The notes beneath the pieces were generated by a model. It did not search any database. It was not told the origin of the DNA and was given only the letters and a program-made list of their open reading frames with translations. From Anaeromyxobacter sp. (GTDB lineage: Bacteria; Myxococcota; Myxococcia; Myxococcales; Anaeromyxobacteraceae): 64,000 bases of DNA. The stretch lies in the NCBI GenBank assembly GCA_049840735.1, contig JASGJN010000013.1, positions 704,001-768,000 of the forward strand, written 5' to 3'. The position numbers and the translations under genes are program-made. Positions 23,517-34,748 of this stretch are shown here, piece by piece (the first letter of the stretch is position 1; every line of letters begins with the position of its first letter).

Positions 23517-25204
23517 AACTGCCTGCACTCACGGCTTCAGGGGTCTACACCTTGGTTGCGCAGCCCAGCGGCGCTGCGCTGGTCTCGGCGCACATTCTCC
23601 TATCCAAGGGGATGTCTGGAGCGCTCGCGGCGGACGGGACAACGCTGCGCTACTCGACCACGCGACCTGGGCAAGCCGGGCGGTACACCTTCACCGGAAC
23701 CGCGGGGCAGCGCTTCGCGCTTCGCGCGACCGTGGCGTCGGGCTTCAGCACCTACGGCGCCACCGTGACCGTCGACCAGCCCAACGGCGTGACCATCGTG
23801 GCCACGCAGTTCTCGACCGGCCTTGATCAGCGGCTCAACCTGGGAGCCCTCACCGCCACAGGCAGCTACACCGTTGCCGTGGTGCCCAGCGCGCTGCAGA
23901 CCGGGGCCATCGACTTGTCGCTGATCGAGGGCGCGACAGGCACCCTTTCGATCGGAGGCGCTGCCCAACCCCTCAGCCTCGCCGCAGCCCAGAGCGGGCG
24001 CTACACGTTCAACGGCAATGCAGGGGACTGGCTGGGCCTGGCAGTGACGTCCGTGGCGATAACCCCTGCCGGCACTGCCAACATTTCGCTCCTGAAGCCG
24101 GACGGATCGTCCCTCTGGAGCAGCACCCTCTCAGCCTCCTCCACAAGCTGGCAGCCGGGACAGCTCCCCTCCAGCGGCACCTACACGCTCGCAGTCACTC
24201 CCTCCGGCACATCGTCCTTCTCTTTCTCGCCATTGCTGTCGAATGCTTTGATCGGCACCATCGCGCCGAGCGGCGCGGTGACGAGGTACGAGACCGCCCG
24301 CCCTGGTCAGGCGGGGCGTTATACATTCACCGGAACCGCGGGGCAGCGGTTCACGCTCCGCGCCACCATCGCCTCCGGTTTCAGCACCAACGGCGCCGTC
24401 GTCACGGTCTACCAGCCCAGCGGCACGGCCATCGTGAACACACAGTTTTCGACCGGCATCGACCAGAAGCTCGATCTCGGAGCCCTGCCCTCCACCGGCA
24501 CCTACACAGTCGGAGTAGTGCCGGCGTCACTCCAGACGGGGTCGATCAACTTGTCCCTCATTGAGGGCGCGACCGCTGCGCTCTCCATCGGAAGCGCAAC
24601 ACAGGGCGTGACGATTTCTGCAGCCCAGAACGGACGCTATACGTTCAGCGGAAACGCCGGCGACTGGCTTGGCATGGCAGTCACCGCCGTGACGATCACG
24701 CCGACGGGTTCCGCCAACATTTCCATCCGGAATCCGGACGGGACCATATTGTGGAGCGGCTTCCTCTCGGCCTCCTCCACCACTTGGCAACCCGGGCTGC
24801 TTCCGTCAAGCGGCATCTATACGCTCGTCGTCACTCCCCCAGGCACGTCCTCCTGCTCGTTCTCCGTGATGCTGTCGAACGCCCTGACTGGCGCGCTCAC
24901 CAGCGGAGGCGTGACGAGGCATGAGACTGCCCGGGAGGGACAGGCGGGTCGCTACACGTTCACCGGAACCGCGGGACAGCGCTTCACGCTTCGCGCCGCC
25001 ATGATTTCGGGCTTCGGCACCTATGGCGCCACCGTGACGGTGTACCAGCCCAGCGGCGCGTCCATCGCGTACACGCAGTTCTCGACCGGAACCGACCAGA
25101 CCTTGAGCCTTGCAGCGCTGCCCGCCACCGGGACCTACACGGTGGCGGTCGTCCCGAACGCACTCAAGACCGGGACCATCGACCTCAGCCTGGTGGTCCA
25201 ATGA
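23517..25204 (+). pseudogene. 3' part of the IS-split lipoprotein: alternating A/B PPC-like beta-sandwich repeats
   Basis: GQAGRYTFTGTAGQRF x3 and GRYTFxGNAGDWLG x2; DNA repeat periods of 636 and 633 bp. Confidence 0.75.
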
Positions 25205-28200
25205 ACATCCGCAGCATGGTGCGCACCGATGCGACGGTTTTCGGAGGGGAAATGACAGGCTCGCTCTCGACAGGCACGAAGCGCAGCGCGCGAGCGTCAT
25301 CAGCAGTTGCCCGAGCCCTGGTCCTATGCCTTGCATTTTCCGCCAGCGACGCTGACGCCGTACAGCCTGCCGTCACCGTCTACAGCGGAAATGGCTGCGT
25401 ATCGGGCGACGGCACATCCGTCTGCTGCGAGGCGCAGGGCTTCACCTGCGAGGGCATTCCTCTGGGAGACGTCGGCTGCCGTGCCAACGGCCCCGGCTGC
25501 GGCTACGTCCGTCAGTGTGATTTCGGCGTCGTCAATTCCTCCGCCTGCACCCCTGGTCCTCAGGTTTGCGCTCCCCCAAAAGACAATGACAACGTCGACG
25601 CGACGCTCGGGATGGGGTGTGCATCTCCAGCTTTCCCGTTCGCCGGGCAGCGCGATCCGCACGCGGGCGTCTGCGGTCGAGCCCGATTCAACGAGTTGGG
25701 CGCCGACCCCATCCTCGTCTCCGGCCGCGCGGCCGCCACCGCTCCGTTCACGGACCTCTCCGTGGACAGGGTGTCGAAGCTGTCGCTCACCCGGGCGTAC
25801 AACAGCGCCGATCGCGATCTGGCCCAGATGGGAGCGGGCGGCTCCTTTGGAAACGCTTGGCACCACGACTGGGAGGCCACCCTCTCCTGCGTGAACGGCA
25901 TCTGCACGGTGGCGCGGGGTACGCTCGGCTACCTTCGATTCCGCCAGTCGAGCACCGCGCTGTCGCTGGACGGCTCAGAGACCCTCGCCATCTACACCGG
26001 CTACTCTTCCGCTGAGCGCGTCGCTCATCACGACGTATTGGTGAGGCACGCGTCAGGGGATTGGGACCTCCACAGCCCGGACGGCCGCACCTTTACGTTC
26101 CGGTCCACCTGCACGACCTGCGATTCGTCCAGCTCTCAGTTCTGCCAGCCAGCAGAGACGGGCGGCGTCGCACGACTCGTCAAGGTCACCAACCCCGCCG
26201 GCGACGTCATCACCGTCAGCTACTGGCCCGAGCAGCGGGTGCCGCTGGCCCTGGCGGACGACCTGGGACACGCGCTGAAGCTGACGTCCCCGACGGCCTG
26301 CGGCTCGTATGCCACCGAACTTCGGTACGACGACGTGCTCGTCGCGACCTACTCGAACGCGGGCAATCAGCTCACGAAGGTCAGTGATGCCGATGGTCGA
26401 GTGATGCGCTCGTACGCCTATGTGAACGCGGGGGCGTACTGGCCCCGGATTCAGGGCGTCATGAACGAGAGCGGCGCCTTGATTGCCGAGTTCTCCTACG
26501 ACGAGAACGCGCAGGCGGTCGGCCTTGTAGATGACCAGACCACGCTGGATGCACGTTATAGCTCTGGGTGCGTTGCTCAAGGCGGGAACGCCGTCAACCC
26601 AAACTGGATGAAATGCAGCGCCTCCGTCACGGCCACCGAGACGTTCAGGGGCCCCGCCGGAGATGAAGAGGCCACCTCGTCACGCTCAGTGAATGCCGTC
26701 GTCTGGTTTCATTCCTCCCAGCTCGCACCTTTTGGGATTGAGCGCGAAGGCGCGACCTATGCGCCGGTGACAGTTGAGAGTTGGCTACCCAACGGCGATC
26801 CGATGGTCTCCTACCATGAGAGCTACCAACGTGACGGGCGGTCATATGGCACGTACACGTACAATGGGGTCGATGCTCTTGGCCGGACAACGCATCTGGC
26901 CGAGTTCAGTGGGGTGGCACCAACTTTCGACGAACACGGAGGTGTTCCAAGATATCCGGGGATCCCCATTCTGCTCGGGCAGGACTCCTACGAGGAGTGG
27001 CGCGCCTACGGCCTGAGCCGGACCGTCGCTCAAGGCGTGACAGTTCCGCTGGACACCGTGACCCGCATCTGGCGCCTGAGCACGCTGATGCCAGGGGAGT
27101 ACACCGAGGAGCGCTTCGACTACGACCAGACAGGCAAGGCGGCGGATCCGATCGGATACGTTTGCGCGCCCGACCAGTTGCCCGCCGGAAGTGTGCTTTG
27201 CCGTACGGTCAGCAGTGGATATGTCACCACCCAGGGCGGCGTCACGCTGCGCCGCTACGGCACCTTCTACTCATACGATTCGCGTGGGCGGCTCACCCGC
27301 ACCGTCGGCCCCTTTGATATCGACTCGCCCTATGGAGCTGATGACGCTCCCGTTGAGGAGAGGTTCTACTGGTCCGAAGGGGACACAGCGGCGCGCCAGG
27401 GCCGCCTGGCCGAGATCCGCCGATACGCCAACCCAGCTTCCCCGCCCCTCGCGACGCGATACGATTACGATCTCTTTGGGCCCTCGGAGATCACCGCCCC
27501 TAACGGCACCAAGGCAACGATCGCGCGAGATGGCCGCGGGCGCCCCACGTTCATCACCTACGCTGATGCCGCCGGCACAGCGAGAGCCCGCACCGAAACC
27601 CGCTACTACGACGGGATGCTGCCACGCCTGATCATCCTTCCCGACGGTTCCGCACAACGCTTCGGCTACGACGAGCGCGGGCGCGAAGCCTCCGTGGAGT
27701 ACCTGTCTGGCGATCCGGAAGCGTCGGGCGGGACGGTCACCACCGGCTGGAGTCAGTGGTCCGTGTACGACGGCGCAGGGAACGTCATTCACTCCGAAAT
27801 GCGCAACGCCAGCGGGCAGGTCACCTGGCAGCAGGACCGGGCCTACGACGCCCACCACCACGCGATTTGGGAGTCAAACCCCAGCGCTCCGGAGTTGGTG
27901 CGGACCTGGACCTTCACGCGGTCCGGATTCCTCACCGGAACCGTGGATGAGGAAGGTCGCGCGGTTTCCTTCGAGCCGGACGGCTTGTTACGGGTCGCGG
28001 CCGTGACCCAGAGCGGGCTGGACGGCAAGGGAGCGCCTGTAACCACCCAGGTCGCAGGATATGAGCGCGTCCTGCACCAGGATCAGATTGGAAGGGTCAC
28101 CGACGGTGCCGGGCACTCGACGACCTACCAGTACGACGACTTCGGGCGGACGGAATCCGTCACCTCCCAGACCTCCGGAACCGTGCGGTACGAGTACGAC

Positions 28201-30130
28201 GCACGCGGGAATGTCGTCGGCCGCAGCAACGGCAGCACGACCTGGGTCCTCTTGTACGACGGGCTGGACCGGCTGACTTCGCTGCAAGTGGCCCGGGATG
28301 GCGACGCAACGACGATTCACTACCAATACGGCTATGATCGCGCGCCGTTCCAGGGCAGGCTGACTTCCGTTTCCGAACCAGACAGGACCACCTACCTGCA
28401 GTACGACTGGGCAGGGCGCGTCGCGTCGGAAGTGCGGTACGAGGCAGTAGCTCCAGTCCCTTTCACCACCCAGTACGACTACGATCTCGCGGGACGCCTT
28501 CGGCTCCTCTCCTACCCAAGCGGCCTCTCGATTCAGTACGACCGTGATCCGGCGTCTGGATACGTGACCGCAGTAAAGGACGCGCGCTCTGGAGCGTCCC
28601 TCGCTTACGGGATCATGCACTATCCGGGCGGCCCCTTGGCGCAGCTCACGTTTGCAAGCGGCCTCACGTTGGTGAATCAGCTGAACCTTAGGTACGAGTT
28701 CCTTTCGGTCAAGAGTGGCCCTCTCTCCCTGACGCTCGCCCCCACTCCCGCCGGGGACGTCGGCCAGGTCACGGAGCGGCTGGCGCTTCCCTCCTGTGAG
28801 CAGCGCTTCGTTCGCGGGTTTGGCTACGACTATCGCGAGCGACTGACCTCGTGGCAGGACCTCGTGGACGGAACGGCCGGCACCTGTCCCCGGACGACCG
28901 GCGGCGCGTCTTCCGCCGGATACGCTTACGTCGCGAATACCGATCGTGTCGCGAGCGGGGTGGCGGAGGACGGCGACGCGCTCAGCTTTGACTATGATGC
29001 CGATGGCAATGTTTCCGGGATCTCCCAACAGGATCCCGGCGGCTCGAATCACTGGGGTGTGCCTCATCCACGACCCCATGGGCCGCCTTGCCACGGTGGG
29101 GTTCGGGAGGACCGTATCCACTCCTGGAGAGGAAGGCTGCCGAAGCGAGGCGGACGTGACTGCCGCTCTCGGTCGATTCCAATACGACTCCAGCAATCGC
29201 AGAGTGGCGCGGCAAAAGGACAACGCCTGGACCTACTTCGTCTTCGACTCTGCGGGGCATCCGCTGAGCGAGTTCGCGCGCACCAGCGATGAGACGAGAC
29301 CCTGGGTGAAGCTCCGAGACTATATCTGGCTCGATTACCAGCCACTGGCTCAGATAGAGTACGCACAGACCGGCACCGGTCCCGAGTACACCTACTTCAC
29401 TCACGTCGATCACCTGGGAACGCCGCGGGCGCTCACAGCAGACGACGGAACTGTCGTCTGGGCGACTCGTCAGCGGCCAAGCGGAGAGTTGGTGGAAGCG
29501 ATACTCCCGGACGCGCGCTCCGGCCAGCCGGTCGTGACGAACCTGCGGCTTCCCGGCCAGTACGACGAGCGGCTGCTCGGGAGCGTGGGGCTCCAGGGGC
29601 CGTACTACAACTGGAACAGGTGGTATCTGCCGGGGCTGGGGAGGTATCTCGAGCCGGACCCCATCGCGCTGGGGGGTGGGTTCAATGGGGAGTTCGGGGT
29701 GGACTGGTACGGGTACGCGAACCAGAACCCCATGCGCTACACCGACCCATGGGGATTAGACACCTATGTCTGCACCGCGCCGCTCCATGCTTTCGGTGGC
29801 ACAGGGAAAAGGTCCGGCCCCGACGCGTGGGGAAATCCGTTCTATCACAAATACCTGTGCATAAACAAGACAAAGTGCGGCGGGCAGGACCGGAGCGGCA
29901 ATAGCAAATGGTATGAAGTAGGCAGCCCCGGCAAGAAGAGCCAGGACAGCTTCAACAAGGATACCTGCGAGAAGGTGGCGCCAGACAATCAATGCTTGGA
30001 GCTTTGTATCGCAAGAGAAATCGATAACCCTAAGCGGCCCTGGTACAGCGTCGGCCCTTTTGGGGAGGACTGTCAGGAGTGGGCGGACGAGAAGCTCGAC
30101 ATGTGCCGGGCCGAGTGCAAGGGCAAGTAA
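25201..30130 (+). CDS. Rhs/YD-repeat polymorphic toxin with probable Sec signal peptide (~1640 aa); one +1 frameshift at ~29048
   Basis: ARALVLCLAFSASDADA signal-like segment; DUF6531-like LTRAYNS...FGNAWHHDWE; many YDxxGR repeats; HVDHLGTPR; NLRLPGQY; RYLEPDP...NPMRYTDPWGL. Alternative start at ATG 25252 with SD. Confidence 0.9.
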
Positions 30131-30131
30131 C

Positions 30132-30689
30132 ATGACCGTGCGAACGCAAGTCGTTGTGGGGCTCTGGTACGCCCTGGCTGTCGTGCTGCTCGGCTGCCTT
30201 GTGGGGGGGTGGGCAAGCGGAGAGATTCGGGGTTGGCTTGCTTTTGGATTCCTGGTTTCGGCTCTGCCATGCAATGCAGCCATCGTCGTGGCGGCGGCGG
30301 GAAGCCGCGAGTGGCTGAATAGAGCTAGGCAGGTGTGGCTGTTCCTAGCGGTTGTGGAGTTGGTGTTGTTCGCGATTGCCTTTGACCCTTCTCACCCGGA
30401 TGCGCTGCGAGACCTAGACATAGTCCTGAAGTTCACGCTGGGTCCCCTAGCGTTTCCGGCCAGTATCCTCGCCCCGCTCGTGCTTGCAGGCGCGGGCGCA
30501 CTTGCGTCCATGTTGGCAGGGGCGGTTGGAGTTCGTGCACCCAGTGGGACGACCGAGTTCTACCTTGCACTTGTGGGAACCTGGGCTGCTTTCGTGGCGA
30601 TGGGGGCATTGCAGTGGTACGTCGTGCTCCCGGCCTGGCTTCGTAGGCGCGACCGACGCAGATTCGAGGCGAGCACCCGCATGTCATGA
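30132..30689 (+). CDS. Multi-pass membrane protein, candidate immunity protein
   Basis: Starts 1 nt after the Rhs stop; about five hydrophobic segments; low-GC codon usage shared with the toxin tip. Confidence 0.65.
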   Translation: MTVRTQVVVGLWYALAVVLLGCLVGGWASGEIRGWLAFGFLVSALPCNAAIVVAAAGSREWLNRARQVWLFLAVVELVLFAIAFDPSHPDALRDLDIVLKFTLGPLAFPASILAPLVLAGAGALASMLAGAVGVRAPSGTTEFYLALVGTWAAFVAMGALQWYVVLPAWLRRRDRRRFEASTRMS

Positions 30690-30914
30690 GTCGCGTTCAG
30701 CGCAGGGCGCCTCTCCCCGCCCTGGTCCTGCTGGCCTGCATCTCCCCCGCCGCCCACGGGCCCGAACACCACCATCACCGGGACCGTGGTCGAGCGGGTC
30801 GATGGGGCGCCGTACTCGTTCCTCCGTTCCTCCGGCTGGAGACGGAGAACGGGATGACGTAGGTCGCCGTGCCAAGGGTCGAGGTGCCGAAGCAGTCGAA
30901 GGTCACCGTGAAGA
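30686..30914 (+). pseudogene. Decayed small secreted OB-fold-like (NrfJ-like) gene, copy 1
   Basis: ATGA overlap with the previous gene; signal-like start; TITGTVVERVDGAPYSFLR..LETENGMT*VAVP with frameshift, 8-bp duplication and TAG; cut at an IS66-like end. Confidence 0.55.
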
Positions 30915-31136
30915 GTAAGCGCCCGGTGAACCGCACCTGTCGGTATTGCCGCTCACGCAGGATGACGGCGTAGCGCCCGATCTCGCGCAGGCTGCTTGAG
31001 GGAGAGTGGCGCGTCGCGGCGGCGATGGTCATCGCGCAGCCCGGAAACTGGCGGTCACGATGGGTGATGGTATCGACGGCGCCGAGGAGGGGGCACCGGC
31101 GCGTCATCGGCCCCGGAAACGGGTGGCGGGGAACGT

Positions 31137-31791
31137 GTGTCAGCACGCCCCCCGCCGTGCCCCGGGCCTGTGTCAGCAGGCGACCGGAGCGACATTCGAT
31201 TCGTACAGGTAGCGCTCGACGTCAAGCTCTGGACCGCCCGGCCGCCGACGGTAGATGCGGTGCGACCAGGGAGGTGCCCGGTTTGTGCCGCCCCGAGTCG
31301 CCCCGCTGGCGGCGCCCTGGGCCTGCACGGCCACGGGCTGCGCGAGCGGCATCAGTGGGGCCCGGCCGAGGTCGGCGGGGGCCCCGCGCTCGTCGGGATC
31401 CTGCTCCGGCGGTACCTGTGCCGATGGCCTGCGGCGTGGTCATCGTGGTGGGGCCCCGCGGCCTCGTCCGTCGCCGGCCTTACTCGGCAGGTGCGATCGC
31501 GCTGGCGCTCGCGCTGGCACGGCGTGGCCGGCCTCGCGCCGGCCGAGGTCCGTCGGCGGGTGAGCCCGCTGCGGGTCGTCGGACCGACCGCGGTCGCGGG
31601 CTGGGCGAGCCTGCGCCCGGTGGTGCCGCGCGATCCGCGCGAGGCGGCTGTTCCCGGCCGTGCGCGCGCTGCCGCCGGAGGCGACGCTCCGCCAGGTCGC
31701 GGCCCGCGCGGCGACGACGCTCGCGGCCTTCGCTCCGAGCTCGGGCGGGCTCGCCGTCGAGTCGGCCGCGTTCATCGGGGCGAGCATGTAG
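31137..31791 (+). pseudogene. Zn-ribbon/HTH accessory protein of the DDE element (frameshifted; start uncertain)
   Basis: CPVC...HGHG..R...RRYLCR.CG...RRPYSAGAIALAL pieces spread across frames, directly upstream of the transposase. Confidence 0.5.
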
Positions 31792-31927
31792 CCCGAGGTC
31801 CATCGGAGCGGCGGCACGACCGGAGGCGATCCCACCATCGAGGATCCTCTCGCGTCGCCCCGGCCGCCGGGCACTGCTCGTCGTTCGCCCCTCGCCACTC
31901 CCGGCGAGGCGATCACGAGGAGCAGAA

Positions 31928-32676
31928 ATGGACGAGTCCACCTCGGCGGCGCCGCCGCCGATCCCCAAGACCTCCCCGCTCGCGCCGAAGGATCACGGCG
32001 AGGCGGTCGCGATCTTCCGCAGCGAGATCGTCGGCGCGCTCACGCGCAAAGAGACCTCGACCACGGCGAGCTGCGCGCCGCCTTCCGCGCGCTCTCGGAG
32101 GAGCGCTTCCGCCCGCCAGGCGTCGAGACGACCCGGCGGTTCTCGGTCGCGACGCTCGAGCGCTGGTTCTACGCGTATCGCGCCGGCGGGCTCGCGGCGC
32201 TCCGGGCCGGCACCGCGCAGCGACCGCGGCCACGCGCAGGAGCTCACCGCCGAGCAGCGCCAGCTTCTGCTCGACATCCGGCGCGAGCATCGCTCGGCGT
32301 CGGTGCCGCTCATCCTGCGGACGCTCGTCGCCGACGAGAAGCTCGAGGCCGGCGCGATCTCGCCGGCGACGGTGCGCCGGCTCAATGTGGCCGAGGGCCT
32401 CGACCGCGTTCCGATGCGCGAGGGCGGGGGCCAGAAGACGCGGCTTCGCTGGGAGGCGGCGAGCCCGGGCGCGCTCTGGCACGCGGACGTCTGCCACGGA
32501 CCGGCGCTCACCATCGACGGCAAGTCGAAGCCGCTGCGGATCCATGCGCTCCTCGACGACGCGAGCCGGTTCATCGTCGCCATCGAGGCGCGCCACACCG
32601 AGCGCGAGACGGACATGCTCGAGATCCTCGTCCGCGCGCTCCGCAAGCACGGGCCGCCCGACGTCCTCTACCTCGA
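31928..32676 (+). pseudogene. Truncated rve/DDE integrase-type transposase (IS481/Mu-like)
   Basis: SVATLERW...GGLAAL..RSDRG HTH; PGALWHADVCHG; LLDDASRF; HGPPDVLYL then an abrupt switch; frameshifts. Confidence 0.78.
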
Positions 32677-34070
32677 GAAGGTGGACCCCAATCAGCTCGC
32701 GCTCCTTCATCGCCCAGGCCCAGGCCGAGTCGAAGCAGGATCGACGAGGCCGTGGCGGCGCTCCTGGAAGCGACCTCGAACCCGGACGCGCCCGTCCCGG
32801 CACCGAAGCCGCGGCCGCTGCGGGGGCACGGGCGAAACCGCCTGCCGGACCACCTGCCGCGCGAGGAGGTCGTGCTCGAGCCGCCCGCGGCGGAGAAGGT
32901 CTGCGCGAGCTGCGGTGAGGAGAAGGCGTGCATCGGCCACGAGCGGAGCGAGGTGCTCGAGTTCGTGCCGGCCACCTTCAAGGTGATCGAGTACGCGCGG
33001 GAGAAGCGGGCCTGCCGCAAGTGCGGCGAGGGCGTGGTGATCCGCCCCGCCGGCCGCGAAGCCCATCGACGGAGGGCTCCCTGGCCCGGGGCTCCTCGCC
33101 CACGTGCTGGTACTCCAAGTACAAGGATCACCTCCCCGCTCAACCGGCTCTCCGGGATCTACGAGCGGAGCGGCGTGAACCTGAACTCCTCCACGCTGGG
33201 CGACTGGGTTCGCGGCGGGGACCGATGGCCTCGCGCCTATCGCGAGGGCGATCTGGCGCAGGGCCATCGAGGCGCACCTGCTCCAGAGCGACGACACCGG
33301 CATCAAGGTGCTCGACAAGGACCATCCGAACGGCATCAAGCGCGGGCACCTGTGGGTGTACCTGGGCGACGGGCAGTGGAGCGCTTTCGTCTACACGCCG
33401 GACTGGAAGGGGGAGTGGCCGCAGGGCTTCCTTGGCCGCCCGAACAAGGGCTGGCTCCAGGTGGACGGCTATGGCGGCTACCAGGACCTCTTCCAGCGCG
33501 AGGGCGCGACGGCGGGATCGAGGTGTCGTGCTGGGCACACGCCCGGCGGGGCTTCGTGGAGGCGCTGGAGGCCGGCGACGTCCGCGCCGCCATCCCGGTG
33601 AAGCTCATCGCGAAGCTCTACGACATCGAGCGCGCCGCCAAGGAACTTGAGGAGGCCCACGAGGCCAGGCGTGAACGCCGCCAACGCGAGGTGCCGCCGA
33701 TCCTCGCGGCCCTCGGCAAGTGGATGGCCGACACCTACCAGGCCGAGCCGCCGAAGAGCCCGCTCGCGAAGGCCTGCTACTACGTCATCGCGCGCTGGGA
33801 GAGCCTGAAGCGCTTCCTCGAGGACGGCCGGCTGCCGATTGACAACACGGCCTCGGAGCGCGAGCTGCGCCAGGTGGCCGTGGGTCGGGCCAACTACCTG
33901 TTCGCCGGGTCGGACCAGGGCGGAGAACGGGCGGCCATCGCGTACACCGTGATTCGACCGCATGCTGGCCGACATCGACCCGCTCGCCTACCTCGCCGAC
34001 GTCTTCCAGAAGCTCGCTGAGGGCTGGCCCCATCGGCGCCTCGGTGAGCTGCTGCCGCCAGCGTGGGGCC
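32677..34070 (+). pseudogene. IS66-family transposase TnpC remnant (5' truncated, many frameshifts)
   Basis: HGRNRLPDHLPREE, CASCG, LQSDDTGIKVLD, LQVDGYGGY, CWAHARR, LPIDNTASERELRQVAVGRANYLFAGS. Confidence 0.88.
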
Positions 34071-34144
34071 GCCGCCCGCAAGTTCGCGGTCGCCTCGAAC
34101 CCGCTCGCTGGAAAGCGGCACGGGGAGCGCGGTAGCCTCGCGCG

Positions 34145-34420
34145 ATGCCGACCGAGCCCGAGGACCCGATTACCATCGTCGTGTCGAGCGCCGAGTTCGC
34201 GCTCCTGAGGAAGCTCGACTTCCCCTGCTCGCAGGAGGTGCTCGCGACCGCGAGCCCCGACCTGGAGGGCATCGCCCTCCACGGGAGCCGCGCCGACCTC
34301 GCGAGCCTGGCGGGGTGGGTCGCCGGCGAGGCGAACCACGCCCGCCGTGGCACGCGCCGCTCTGAACTCCTCGAAAGCCTCTCGGAGCAGCTCGAGGACG
34401 TCCTCACCGTCTATCGCTGA
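34145..34420 (+). CDS. Hypothetical protein (possible IS passenger)
   Basis: 91-aa ORF with coding-like codon usage between tnpC and the IS66-like end. Confidence 0.5.
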   Translation: MPTEPEDPITIVVSSAEFALLRKLDFPCSQEVLATASPDLEGIALHGSRADLASLAGWVAGEANHARRGTRRSELLESLSEQLEDVLTVYR

Positions 34421-34748
34421 GCGGCACCGCGACGTCGCGCGCCGTCAAGCGGCGCGCACTGACGCCAACCGGCGGGACGGACACCTCGCAATCGCCGAAG
34501 CCTCTCACGCTCGCCGCCAACCCGGTACGTGTGGTCAGCCGGGGGGATACCGAAATGCGACTTTCCGTGGATGGGCGGATCGCTTTTGGTCGAGCAAGCG
34601 GCCATGCTGGAGGGGTAGCTCCCACCACCAGGATCTTCGCGTTCGATCTGGTGACACGCCGCCTCGTTGAGTCCCGCGAGATTGACCCAGGACTTCTTCC
34701 CGATGTGAAGGCGCCCGCGACACCGTTGCCAGAACGGTAGGTGGGATG

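Larger units (their letters stand above)
30915..34550. mobile_element. Composite of decayed transposons bounded by IS66-like ends
   Basis: GTAAGCGCCCGGTGAACCGCAC at 30915 versus reverse complement GTATCCCCCCGGCTGACCACAC ending at 34550 (15/22); no matching target duplication; transposase remnants inside. Confidence 0.5.

Noticed and set aside
25201..30130. Rhs as two separate genes (25201-29292 and 28946-30130)
   Set aside because: A single-base removal at ~29048 joins them into a continuous YD core, as with the other GATC-site errors.
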